49,532 nt of DNA. Origin: Verrucomicrobiia bacterium. GTDB taxonomy: Bacteria; Verrucomicrobiota; Verrucomicrobiia; Palsa-1439. Numbering within the stretch: position 1 is the first letter of the stretch; every line of letters starts with the position of its first letter. Where the stretch lies: contig JBEKLX010000003.1 in NCBI GenBank assembly GCA_050008795.1, positions 1-49,532 of the forward strand, given 5' to 3'. Both the position numbers and the translations under genes were made by a program. Below, in pieces: positions 1 to 9,196 of the stretch. The notes under the pieces are model-generated. The model searched no databases. It saw only the letters and a program-made list of their open reading frames with translations, and was not told the DNA's origin.

Positions 1-551
1 CCATCGTTAAGTTCAAACCCGACATGGTCATCGTGGATATTTCGCTGCCCGGCCGCGACGGCATCGAATTGACCAAGGATCTAAAAGTGCAACGCCCGGA
101 TCTTCCGGTCTTGGTGCTCTCGATGCATGACGAATCATTGTATGCCGACCGCGCACTGCGTGCCGGCGCCCGCGGCTACATCATGAAACAGGAATCACCA
201 GAAAACCTTATCCGTGCCATCCGCCGCGTCTTGGCGGGCGAAATCGCCGTGAGTCAGAACACCGTTGGACGTATCCTCGCCCGCATGGATGGGACTCATT
301 CCAAGGTGGGGGCTTCCCCGCTTGAGTTGCTCAGCGACCGCGAACTGGAAGTATTCCGTCTCATTGGTTCAGGGCACTCTCGAAGTCAGATCGCCGCTGA
401 ATTGCATCTGAGTGTAAAAACCGTGGAAGCGCATCGCGCCAAGATCCGCGAGAAACTTGGGCTGCAGAACGCCACCCAGTTGCTCCAGCACGCGCTTCAG
501 TTCTCGTGGGACCAAGGCTCTGGTGCTCGCAACAAGCCTCGCCGTTCCTAG
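1..551 (+). CDS. NarL/FixJ-family response regulator (REC + LuxR HTH), 5' end outside the window
   Basis: PDMVIVDISLP phosphoacceptor region, GARGYIMK, C-terminal LSDRELEVFRLIG...LSVKTVEAHRAKIREKL; the frame is open back to the window start. Confidence 0.93.
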   Translation, partial: IVKFKPDMVIVDISLPGRDGIELTKDLKVQRPDLPVLVLSMHDESLYADRALRAGARGYIMKQESPENLIRAIRRVLAGEIAVSQNTVGRILARMDGTHSKVGASPLELLSDRELEVFRLIGSGHSRSQIAAELHLSVKTVEAHRAKIREKLGLQNATQLLQHALQFSWDQGSGARNKPRRS

Positions 552-705
552 CCAGCCATAGGACTCCGTCCGATAGCGGAATCAGTCTGTTGCCCAATTG
601 TCACAGTCGGCCTGCCGTCTTATCCTGCGCCACGATCACTGAGGCCAAGGGAGGTACGGTGATGTGGCGTAGGTGTGGATAATTTTGTGACTGCCGAAAG
701 GAACG

Positions 706-1158
706 ATGCGGAGCAATAGACTTTCAACCAAAGATTTACCAGAGACATGTGGAAGCGTTCTCGGAGTGTTTCCGCAGGAGGATGTTCAGGTCTCCACACT
801 GGACGGTTGCATAAGCGCGCTTGCCACCGCTGAACAATGGACCAGACAATTTGACGGCATCGACATCAAAAAGGTAGGGCACAGCGGCACAATCACGAAA
901 TTGCTTCACGAAGCGCGCCTCTGCCAGAGAACTTCTCCTACAGTAATTGCATACTGCAAGGGAAACTGGGATGCCTGCATTGAGGCGCTGGCTGAACGGA
1001 TTGCGCCTTACCTGCCGTATCCCATCGACAAGCGCGCGTTACGGGCTGCGATTCAACAACTGTTCACCCACGAACCGTCTCCATTGCACTATTTCGAGAG
1101 CGTTCCTGAAACGCAACACCAGTCTCAGGAAATGGAGGATCAATCCAATGGAATCTAA
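706..1158 (+). CDS. hypothetical protein (150 aa)
   Basis: ATG preceded by AAGGA; stop overlaps the start of the next gene; no family recognised. Confidence 0.5.
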   Translation: MRSNRLSTKDLPETCGSVLGVFPQEDVQVSTLDGCISALATAEQWTRQFDGIDIKKVGHSGTITKLLHEARLCQRTSPTVIAYCKGNWDACIEALAERIAPYLPYPIDKRALRAAIQQLFTHEPSPLHYFESVPETQHQSQEMEDQSNGI

Positions 1159-1408
1159 TCAACAAGCGCAACCCACCTACCAGGAAATTGCCGCCGACGC
1201 CTACTTGATCTGGATGAAGGAAGGACGACCGCATGGACGCGAGATGGCCCATTTGCTGCAAGCCGAGCAACACCTGCTCGCCAATTGTTCGCGCGACAAG
1301 AAGACATTGATCCACCGCAAGCCTGAACTTATCCAGTCATTGACCGCAACCCACAAAGTGCGTCCACGCGGATTCGGACCCGCACCCGTCAGTCTGCAGG
1401 AGGTGTGA
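1148..1408 (+). CDS. DUF2934-domain small protein
   Basis: EIAADAYLIWMKEGRPHGREMAHLLQAE fits the DUF2934 pattern (I..rAY.iW..eG.p.G....hWl.AE); GGAGG upstream of ATG 1148. Confidence 0.75.
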   Translation: MESNQQAQPTYQEIAADAYLIWMKEGRPHGREMAHLLQAEQHLLANCSRDKKTLIHRKPELIQSLTATHKVRPRGFGPAPVSLQEV

Positions 1409-1881
1409 TCGTGACGACCGTACGGAAGGACTTCGAGTTGGCCATCCGCTTGGAAGACGGCGACAAGGGGACGAAGAACCTTTTTTCCTTGTTGTCGGAG
1501 CAGTCCATCCGTGTTCGATGTTACAGCTCGTATAACGATTGGGACCAGCTGGTGATACTGGCGATCGTCGACGATCCGAAGCACATCCAATCTGTTCTGC
1601 AAGCCGCAGGCTACAGTTGCCAGCTTGAAGATGTCATCATAATCAGTCTGCCCTCTTATCGTCCGGGTATCATCGCAAGTTTCGGCTGGCTGCTGTCTCA
1701 GTCCGGGATAAATATCCTCTGTTCTCATCTGGCAAACATCGTCCCAGACGGCTTCTGCGTGGTTTTCAAGACCACGAACAATCAACAGGCAGTTCAAGTT
1801 TTAAACGCCGCGATCTGCACCCCCTTGTTTTCCGGGGAATACGGAAGTTCCCACGCGGCAACGGAGGAGATACACGTTTAA
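1405..1881 (+). CDS. tandem ACT-domain protein
   Basis: two ACT-like repeats (second: RPGIIASFGWLLSQSGINI); GTGA overlap with the upstream stop; GGAGG RBS. Confidence 0.75.
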   Translation: MIVTTVRKDFELAIRLEDGDKGTKNLFSLLSEQSIRVRCYSSYNDWDQLVILAIVDDPKHIQSVLQAAGYSCQLEDVIIISLPSYRPGIIASFGWLLSQSGINILCSHLANIVPDGFCVVFKTTNNQQAVQVLNAAICTPLFSGEYGSSHAATEEIHV

Positions 1882-2078
1882 CCTGACTTGCCTCATGACA
1901 ACACGGACGATTTTACTTATGATTTGTACAACCTCGCAACACCGGCTCGTAGAGTCAACTGAGGGCATGCACTCGCCAGTCATCCCTCGATTCCTCCAAT
2001 ACTCCCCGACGAGCCGGTGTTGCTCTTTTGACCCGTTGACGCATCTCCACGGTGAATCAGTGCGTCCCAGCAACGCCC

Positions 2079-4712
2079 TCAGCGCCATTCGTGTTTTGGG
2101 TATTTCCGCTGCAGCTCTTGTTTGAGCTTTGGGTAGGTCTCTTTCCAGAACGTGGCAAGATTGTCCGTCACCTGCACTGGGCGATGGTTGGGCGCCAGTA
2201 CCTGTATACAAATGGGCACATGATGGTCGGCAACCCAGAGGCCTTCCTTGACGCCGTATAAATCCTGAATTCGCGCTGCAATGATCGGCGGCTTGTCCGG
2301 GGCATAAACTATTTTGAGCCGTTTTGGTGGCGCAGTCCCGCGACTGCGTGGTCGTTGTGGTAATTCGATCCATTCAGGCGCGTGTTTCTCGATCCATGCC
2401 TGTTGCTGCGGTGATAACCAGCCTTTCACCACCGGCCAAACAGCCTTGTCCTTGATTTCCTTGTAGCTTGCCGCGCCGTGGCAGATGTGCTTGAGCATGG
2501 ACAATCTCTCTTCCGCCGCGATCGTGGGCAACCCGAGTTCAGGCATCCAGTCGTGCAACCGATTCACGCGCACGATCCACTGTTCGACGGCTTCGCTCCA
2601 ATTCTTTAAAATGCACCTACCCGCTTCCACCTCGTGCGCCAGGATGTTCGCCGCCTCATCCGTCGGCACATTGTCAGAGCGTTCGGCGGTCAGGACCAAA
2701 TCACGGAATCGCTTCTGTCGCTCGGCAAAGACCCGCCGCAACGTCGATTCATACACGACTTGCTGCGTCTCCTGAAAATCGTCGGGGAACAACTCCCGCA
2801 GCCATTCCTCCTTGATCGCCGTTGCCAGACTCAGCAACACGTTCAACTTGCGATCCTTGCCTGTGCCGGTTTGCACCTCGCGCACCTCCGCTGCCACCAG
2901 CAACGGCGCATTCTGCACTGTGCTTTCCCGCACCAGCATACCGCGCCGGCCATGCACCAGTTCGCACCGCAACGTCCCGACATCCATGCGGCGGGCCAGA
3001 TGGTCAGTGAAACCAACCAACAAACACTTCTGCACAGCCTCGCGGTTTAAAGGCTTTTCGCTCGTGTCCAATCCTTCGCGTTCTGCGATTCGCAAAAACT
3101 GGTCGTACAACGGTCCGACCTGCCGCGCCGTTTGCGCGTGGACGCCAAGCCGGCGACAGCGCTCGACGTAGAACCCGTTCCGTTCCGCGTACCGCCATGC
3201 CCGCATCAGCACGAAGAAATCCGATTCCGTTTCGCCGCCGAACAGATCATCGCGCGCGTCGGCCACCGTGCGTCCCTGACCGTGCACCAGCAACTCGCGT
3301 CCTTGCGTAAGCGCGGCGATCAATGCGACGGGGCGGACGCAGCCCAATTCCTGTGCCTCCAGCAACATCCGCGCGTACCGTGGATGCAACGGAAAGGCCA
3401 GCATCCGGCGACCGAGTTCCGTGATACGGCGTTGGTGGTCAATCGCTCCCAAATCCTCCAACAACGTTTCCGCCCGTTCCAATGCCCGCGGGTCGGGTGA
3501 TTCCAACCAGCGGAACGTCTTCACGTCATCCACGCCGCTAGCCTTGAGCGTCAGTACGACCTCCGACAAATCCAGCCGTTTAACTTCGGGCAATTCCTGC
3601 AATGAGCGCGTCTCGTGATCGCGTTCAGTCCACAGCCGCAGACAATGTCCCGGCGCAGTTCGTCCCGCGCGGCCAGTGCGTTGGTCGGCCGAAGCGCGGC
3701 TGATCTTTTCGACGAGCAACGTGTTGATGCCGCGATATGGATCGTAACGCGGGATCCGGGCCAGTCCGCTGTCCACGACCAGCCGCACACCATCGATTGT
3801 CAGCGAGGTTTCGGCGACGTTGGTGGCGACTACAACCTTGCGACGGTCGTATCGGGCGACGGCAGCGTCCTGATCGTTCGGCGGCAAGTCACCGTGCAAC
3901 GGTAGCGCGATGAACTGGCTGCCAAGCGTGTCCCGCACCGCCTGCACAGTGCGGCTGATCTCGTACGCGCCGGGCATGAACACCAGCGCGTCGCCCTCGG
4001 GATACTTGCGCACGAGCCGGGACAGTTCTTCGGCAGCGACATCCCAGATCGGCATGTCGCCGACGGATTTCGAAAGGTATTCGATATCGACGGGATGCGT
4101 GCGACCCTGCGACGACAATACCGCGCATGGTTGGAGATATTTCTCCACCGCGCCGACGTCGAGCGTGGCCGACATGACGATGATGATCAGGTCCGGCCGC
4201 GCCGACTCCTGAATTTGCAGCGCCCGTGCCAACGTAATGTCGCCGTAAAGATGGCGTTCGTGAAACTCGTCGAAAATGATCGCATTGATGCCGCGCAGTT
4301 CGGGATCCGCAAGCATCTGGCGCAGTAGCACACCCTCGGTGACGTACCTGATCCGCGTGGCCGGCGATGTCACGTTATCGAGTCGAATCTGGTAACCGAC
4401 TTCCGCACCGAGTCTCGAGCCGCGAGCTTGAGCAACCCATGTCGCAAGCATACGTGTCGCCAACCGGCGCGGTTGCAGGATGATCACCTGCCTGCCCGCC
4501 GACTTGTCCGCCAAAGCCGGTGCGGCGTCGGCAGAAGCTTCAGCAAAGGCCGGGCCCATCGATCCCAGCACTCCGCCATCGAGCAGCATCTGCGGCACCT
4601 GCGTGGATTTACCGGAACCGGTCGGAGCAGTGATGATTAGACGCCGTTGTCCCGCCAGTGTAGCGAGCAAAGAGTCGCGAAGTTCAAAAATGGGTAGTTG
4701 AAGGCCCTGCAT
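2079..4712 (-). CDS. hrpB: ATP-dependent DEAH-box helicase HrpB
   Basis: APTGSGKST, QPRRLA, DEFHER, MSAT, ATNVAETSLTI, QRTGRAGR, C-terminal LAPNHRPVQVT..YPKH; start taken at ATG 4712 (MQGLQLPI) because the longer ORF overlaps the opposite gene. Confidence 0.96.
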   Translation of the reverse strand: MQGLQLPIFELRDSLLATLAGQRRLIITAPTGSGKSTQVPQMLLDGGVLGSMGPAFAEASADAAPALADKSAGRQVIILQPRRLATRMLATWVAQARGSRLGAEVGYQIRLDNVTSPATRIRYVTEGVLLRQMLADPELRGINAIIFDEFHERHLYGDITLARALQIQESARPDLIIIVMSATLDVGAVEKYLQPCAVLSSQGRTHPVDIEYLSKSVGDMPIWDVAAEELSRLVRKYPEGDALVFMPGAYEISRTVQAVRDTLGSQFIALPLHGDLPPNDQDAAVARYDRRKVVVATNVAETSLTIDGVRLVVDSGLARIPRYDPYRGINTLLVEKISRASADQRTGRAGRTAPGHCLRLWTERDHETRSLQELPEVKRLDLSEVVLTLKASGVDDVKTFRWLESPDPRALERAETLLEDLGAIDHQRRITELGRRMLAFPLHPRYARMLLEAQELGCVRPVALIAALTQGRELLVHGQGRTVADARDDLFGGETESDFFVLMRAWRYAERNGFYVERCRRLGVHAQTARQVGPLYDQFLRIAEREGLDTSEKPLNREAVQKCLLVGFTDHLARRMDVGTLRCELVHGRRGMLVRESTVQNAPLLVAAEVREVQTGTGKDRKLNVLLSLATAIKEEWLRELFPDDFQETQQVVYESTLRRVFAERQKRFRDLVLTAERSDNVPTDEAANILAHEVEAGRCILKNWSEAVEQWIVRVNRLHDWMPELGLPTIAAEERLSMLKHICHGAASYKEIKDKAVWPVVKGWLSPQQQAWIEKHAPEWIELPQRPRSRGTAPPKRLKIVYAPDKPPIIAARIQDLYGVKEGLWVADHHVPICIQVLAPNHRPVQVTDNLATFWKETYPKLKQELQRKYPKHEWR
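2327..2348. repeat. REP-like hairpin inside the hrpB C-terminal region
   Basis: GTGG followed by cgcagtc-ccgc-gactgcg; shares cgcagtcgcgggac with copy 40104-40121. Confidence 0.6.
4491..4553. repeat. 63-bp nested palindromic-repeat insertion inside hrpB
   Basis: encodes extra PAFAEASADAAPALADKSAGR between motif I and motif Ia; removing it gives GSMG-QVIILQPRRLA. Confidence 0.7.
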
Positions 4713-4737
4713 CACTGCGCAGCATACCACAATCTTG

Positions 4738-4775
4738 GCCCGGATTATTCGCGATACTTCGCGAATAATCCGGGC
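4738..4775. repeat. perfect 17-bp inverted repeat in the hrpB/GIY-YIG divergent promoter region
   Basis: gcccggattattcgcga-tact-tcgcgaataatccgggc. Confidence 0.9.
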
Positions 4776-4790
4776 TAGGATATACAGACA

Positions 4791-5120
4791 ATGGTCGAGA
4801 AGCTGCATCATAACGTCTACGTCGTGCTGCTGGATGCAGCAGTGCTGCATGAGCGGCGTGTGTTGATGGCGAATCCGAAGCGTGATCCCGCAAAGCCATG
4901 TGTGTACGTCGGGATGACGGGGATTCCACCCATCAAGCGGTTCCAAAACCACAAGAACGGTTACAAGTCGTCGCATTACGTCAAAAAGTATGGGGTGCGA
5001 TTGTTGCCGGAATTGTACGAGTACCTGAACCCTATGCCGTTCGGCGCGGCCTGCCAAATGGAGAAGGAATTGGCAGAAGAACTTCGCGAGCAGGGTTACA
5101 CCGTCTGCGGCGGGACGTGA
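4791..5120 (+). CDS. stand-alone GIY-YIG-superfamily nuclease-like protein
   Basis: NVYVV...VYVGMT...RFQNH...A..ME motif spacing. Confidence 0.75.
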   Translation: MVEKLHHNVYVVLLDAAVLHERRVLMANPKRDPAKPCVYVGMTGIPPIKRFQNHKNGYKSSHYVKKYGVRLLPELYEYLNPMPFGAACQMEKELAEELREQGYTVCGGT

Positions 5121-5259
5121 CGGAACTGCGGATGTTTGTCAACCCCAGATGCGATTCAGGGCAAGTTTCGCATCAAATGGGAAATACTCGCTTGTCACGC
5201 GCAGAATTTTTCGACAAAGTGCGGGGCACGTGAAAACACAGCAACAAAAGGAAAGAATC

Positions 5260-6252
5260 ATGTCGAAGGAACCAGTTGTAACCGGAGCCAAAGGTTGGGT
5301 GGCGTATCGTCCTGAGATCAAGGTGCTCGATTGCACGATCCGCGACGGCGGGTTGATGAACGATCACAAGTTCGAACTCAAATTTGTCAAAGCCGTCTAT
5401 GACACCTGCAAAGCAGCGGGGGTCGACTACATGGAGGTCGGGTACAAGGCGTCGAAACGATTGTACTCGCGGACGAAGTACGGGACGTGGAAGTTCTGCG
5501 ACGAGGAAGACATTCGGCGCGTCGTTGGTGAAAAGAGCAAGTCGTTGAAACTCTCAGTTATGGCGGATGCGGAGCGAACAGACTATCACACGGACATTCT
5601 TCCACGGGAAAAGAGCGTGGCGGACATGGTGCGCGTGGCGACTTACATTTACCAGATTCCGGCCGCACTCGACATGCTGAAAGACGCGCACGACAAGGGA
5701 TACGAGACGACCGTCAACCTGATGGCCGTTTCCACGGTGCCGGCCAGCGAACTCGACAATGCGTTGGAGGCGCTCGCGGCGTCCAAGGTGGGAACACTCT
5801 ATGTGGTGGACAGTTTCGGCTCGATGTACAGCGAACAGATTCGCGCCCTAATGAAGAAGTTTATGGGGTTCGCAAAACCAGCGGGCAAGGAAGTGGGTAT
5901 CCATACGCACAACAACCTTCAGTTGGCGTACGCGAACATCATCGAGGGGATCATCATGGGCGCGAACCGTCTTGACGCGAGCATCGCGGGCTTGGGACGT
6001 GGAGCAGGTAACTGTCCGATGGAGTTGTTGCTGAGTTTTCTGCACAACCCGAAGTTCAAGCTGCGGCCGGTATTGGAGTGCATTCAGGATCACGTCGAGC
6101 CGCTCCGCGAGAAACTAGGGTGGGGATTTGCGATCCCATACATGATCACGGGGCACCTCAACCAGCATCCGAAGGCAGCGATGGAATTGATGGAGAGCAA
6201 GAAAAACAAAGACATCGTGAGCTTCTTCGACTCGCTGACTGTGGAACAGTGA
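5260..6252 (+). CDS. HMGL-like DRE-TIM metallolyase (4-hydroxy-2-oxovalerate-aldolase-like catalytic domain)
   Basis: LDCTIRDGG, VVDSFGS, HTHNN, GLGRGAGNCPME; start taken at ATG 5260. Confidence 0.85.
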   Translation: MSKEPVVTGAKGWVAYRPEIKVLDCTIRDGGLMNDHKFELKFVKAVYDTCKAAGVDYMEVGYKASKRLYSRTKYGTWKFCDEEDIRRVVGEKSKSLKLSVMADAERTDYHTDILPREKSVADMVRVATYIYQIPAALDMLKDAHDKGYETTVNLMAVSTVPASELDNALEALAASKVGTLYVVDSFGSMYSEQIRALMKKFMGFAKPAGKEVGIHTHNNLQLAYANIIEGIIMGANRLDASIAGLGRGAGNCPMELLLSFLHNPKFKLRPVLECIQDHVEPLREKLGWGFAIPYMITGHLNQHPKAAMELMESKKNKDIVSFFDSLTVEQ

Positions 6253-6316
6253 CGTTTTTCGCGCTTGTCGTGGGCAAATTTTTTTGCGAGAGTGCGCGCA
6301 CATAATCGGAGGCGAC

Positions 6317-7780
6317 ATGAGGCGGGTCGAGTTCAAAGGCAAGATTCTGATGGTGGGCTATGGGGCGGTGGCGCAGTGCGCGCTGCCGATCCTGGCGAAG
6401 TTGATCAAGGTGCCGCTCCAAAACATCACGGTGATTGATTTTGAGGACCGCCGCGAGCAGCTCAAGGAATGGACGAAAAAAGGCGTGAAGTTCGTACGCG
6501 ACCGTGTGACCCAGGATAACATCGGCAAGTTACTTGGCAAGTATCTCGGGGCGGGCGACCTGCTGGTCGATCTGGCCTGGAACATCGACTGTTGTGAAAT
6601 CCTCAAGTGGTGCCATGATAACGGCGTGCTCTACGTGAATACGTCGGTGGAACTGTGGGACCCGTATGCCGGTCCACCAGATCAACATCCGACTGAGCGG
6701 ACGCTGTATTGGCGGCACATCCGTATCCGCGAGATGAAGGCGAAATGGAAGAAGCCGGGGCCGTCCGCGGTAGTGGAACACGGCGCCAATCCCGGTCTAA
6801 TCTCTCACTTCACAAAGCAAGGACTGCTCGACATCGCGGAGCGATTGCTCTCCGACAGGAAAGTCAAAGGCAAGGATGCGGAGGAAATCCGTCAGCTCGT
6901 CAAGGAACAGGCGTTCAACCAACTTGCGATGAAACTTGGAGTGAAGGTGATTCATTGCAGCGAGCGCGACACGCAAATTGCCAACAAACCGAAGCAGGTG
7001 GACGAATTCGTCAACACGTGGAGCGTGGAAGGTTTCCGCGAGGAAGGCACGACGACGGCTGAAATGGGTTGGGGCACCCACGAGAAGGAATTGCCGGCGC
7101 AGGCATACGAACACAACGAAGGTCCGCGCAACCAAATCTGCCTTGCGCGGATGGGCATGAATACCTGGGTTGTGTCATGGGTGCCGAACTATTGCATTCA
7201 GGGGATGGTCGTCCGCCACGGAGAAGCATTCACGATTTCGGACAAGCTCACGGTCTGGAAAAACGGCAAAGCAATTTACCGTCCGACGGTGCATTACGCG
7301 TACTGCCCATGTGACGCGGCAATCGCGTCGTTGAACGAGTTGCGCGGAAACAATTATAAGCTACAGTCAAACGTGCGGATCATGTATGACGAAATTACCA
7401 GTGGTTCGGACATCCTTGGGGCGCTGTTGATGGGTCACGCATACAACTCATGGTGGACCGGCAGCGACCTGAGCATCAAGGAATCGCGGCGGCTCGTGCC
7501 CCGCCAGAACGCGACGACGATGCAGGTGGCAATTTCGGCCGTGGCGGCGTCGATGTGGATGATTGAGAACACGGCGATGGGCGTTTGCGTGCCCGACGAT
7601 TTGCCGCACGAGTACATACTCGACATCGCGAAGCCTTATCTCGGCAAGTTTATCTCAATCCCATCGGACTGGACGCCGCTGAAGCATTACACCAATACGT
7701 TTGACGGCTATAACAACCCCTCCATTGACTGGGATGATCCGTGGCAGTTCAAGAACTTCCTGACTGCGGACAGAGATTAA
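6317..7780 (+). CDS. hss: homospermidine synthase
   Basis: GYGAV Rossmann fold, GANPGLISHF, HCSERDTQ, FVNTWSVEGF.EE, YRPTVHYAY, QNATTMQV; GGAGG RBS. Confidence 0.93.
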   Translation: MRRVEFKGKILMVGYGAVAQCALPILAKLIKVPLQNITVIDFEDRREQLKEWTKKGVKFVRDRVTQDNIGKLLGKYLGAGDLLVDLAWNIDCCEILKWCHDNGVLYVNTSVELWDPYAGPPDQHPTERTLYWRHIRIREMKAKWKKPGPSAVVEHGANPGLISHFTKQGLLDIAERLLSDRKVKGKDAEEIRQLVKEQAFNQLAMKLGVKVIHCSERDTQIANKPKQVDEFVNTWSVEGFREEGTTTAEMGWGTHEKELPAQAYEHNEGPRNQICLARMGMNTWVVSWVPNYCIQGMVVRHGEAFTISDKLTVWKNGKAIYRPTVHYAYCPCDAAIASLNELRGNNYKLQSNVRIMYDEITSGSDILGALLMGHAYNSWWTGSDLSIKESRRLVPRQNATTMQVAISAVAASMWMIENTAMGVCVPDDLPHEYILDIAKPYLGKFISIPSDWTPLKHYTNTFDGYNNPSIDWDDPWQFKNFLTADRD

Positions 7781-7781
7781 G

Positions 7782-8924
7782 ATGGTCACCCGTAGCGCCC
7801 TAAAGAAACTCGCGAAAGAACTCGGCACACCGCTGTTTGTGGTGGACCACGATGTGTTGCGGCGTAACTACGCCACATTCAAGAAGTATCTCCCGCGCGT
7901 GCAGGCCTATTATGCGGTCAAGGCCAACTCTGATCCTGCCATCGTCAAAACGTTGTACGAGTCGGGCGCGAGTTTCGACGTGGCTTCAATGCCGGAATTC
8001 AAGATCGTCCACGAGTACATCAAAGACATGCCGGCAAAGCAGCGGCAGGATTGGATTTGGGACAAGATCATTTACGCCAATCCCATCAAGGCCAACGAGA
8101 CTTTGCGGGAACTCGACCCGTACAAGCCGCTGGTAACCTACGACAATTACGAGGAGATCAAAAAAATCAAGAAGTACGCGCCGCACGCCGGTCTCGCGTT
8201 GCGCCTCCGAGTGCCGAACACAGGCGCCATGGCCGAACTCTCCTCGAAATTCGGCGCTGCGCCCGGTGAAGCCGTTGACCTGATTCTCGCCGCGGAGAAA
8301 GCGGGACTGGTGGTCGAAGGATTGAGTTTTCACGTCGGCAGCCAGACCACGAACTTCGAAAACTACGTTCAGGCGATCAATCTCGCCGCGAACGTGTTCC
8401 GGGAAGCAAAAGACCGCGGCTACACAAAAATGTTTCTGCTCGATATCGGAGGCGGTTTCCCCGCGCCGTATGATCCCACGGTCAAGCCGTTCCGCGTGCT
8501 GGCAAAGATCATAAACCGGGAAATTAATCGGCTGTTCCCGAAGAACATTCAGATTCTGGCTGAGCCCGGACGATTCCTGGTCGCAACAGCCGCAGTCGCT
8601 ATCTCGAAGGTCGTAGGCAAGGCGGTGCGCGACGGGAAACTCTGTTACTATATCGACGACGGCGTCTATCACACGTTCTCGGGCGTCATCTTCGACCACT
8701 GCCATTACCACCTGAAGGCGTTCAGCAAGGGGCCGACGCAGATCTGTTCGGTGTTCGGTCCGACTTGCGATGCGCTCGATGTGGTTTCCATGGCCGAGGA
8801 ACTCCCCGCGGATCTTGAGCTTGGCAACCTGCTTTACAGCGAGAATATTGGCGCCTACAGCCACGCCTCGTCCACGTACTTCAACGGTTTCCCACCGGCG
8901 AAAGTGGTACACATCAATCAATAG
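7782..8924 (+). CDS. ornithine (lysine/ornithine) decarboxylase, alanine-racemase fold
   Basis: YAVKAN (PLP Lys), FDVAS, SFHVGS, DIGGGF, EPGR, GPTCDALD, GAY; specificity segment IFDH has Asp. Confidence 0.9.
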   Translation: MVTRSALKKLAKELGTPLFVVDHDVLRRNYATFKKYLPRVQAYYAVKANSDPAIVKTLYESGASFDVASMPEFKIVHEYIKDMPAKQRQDWIWDKIIYANPIKANETLRELDPYKPLVTYDNYEEIKKIKKYAPHAGLALRLRVPNTGAMAELSSKFGAAPGEAVDLILAAEKAGLVVEGLSFHVGSQTTNFENYVQAINLAANVFREAKDRGYTKMFLLDIGGGFPAPYDPTVKPFRVLAKIINREINRLFPKNIQILAEPGRFLVATAAVAISKVVGKAVRDGKLCYYIDDGVYHTFSGVIFDHCHYHLKAFSKGPTQICSVFGPTCDALDVVSMAEELPADLELGNLLYSENIGAYSHASSTYFNGFPPAKVVHINQ

Positions 8925-9016
8925 GCGCGGTAAAAACAAATGAGGCCGAGAAAAATGGCGGTCAACGACCTCATGCAATAGAACTCGTAACGAACGTTTG
9001 CCGTCGCCATTTTTCG

Positions 9017-9045
9017 TTGCTGATAACAACAGAGCCGACTATATT
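9017..9045 (+). promoter_or_regulatory. sigma70-type promoter of tRNA-Arg
   Basis: TTGCTG-17 nt-TATATT about 20 nt upstream of the tRNA. Confidence 0.55.
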
Positions 9046-9066
9046 TTGCGCGCCAAACTTGGCGGT

Positions 9067-9143
9067 GCGCCCATAGCTCAACTGGATAGAGCGTTGGTCT
9101 ACGGAACCAAAGGTTGCAGGTTCAACTCCTGCTGGGCGCGCCA
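9067..9143 (+). tRNA. tRNA-Arg (anticodon ACG)
   Basis: acceptor stem GCGCCCA/TGGGCGC, anticodon arm TTGGT-CTACGGA-ACCAA, T arm GCAGG-TTCAACT-CCTGC, encoded CCA. Confidence 0.96.
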
Positions 9144-9196
9144 TTTTCCCGGCTGACTCGTGGGGACAGTCGACAAATCGCTTTCGCACTCCGGTC

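Noticed and set aside
1895-2261. ORFs 1895-2125 and 2052-2261 (+)
   Set aside because: They overlap the hrpB 3' end on the opposite strand, with no RBS or recognisable motif
4713-5057. 115-aa N-terminal extension of the hrpB ORF
   Set aside because: It is antisense to the GIY-YIG gene and runs through the promoter hairpin; HrpB homology starts at LPI
8950-9015. 11-bp inverted repeat gaaaaatggcg/cgccatttttc between odc and the tRNA
   Set aside because: Could be a terminator-like fold, but the loop is long and no known RNA motif is recognisable
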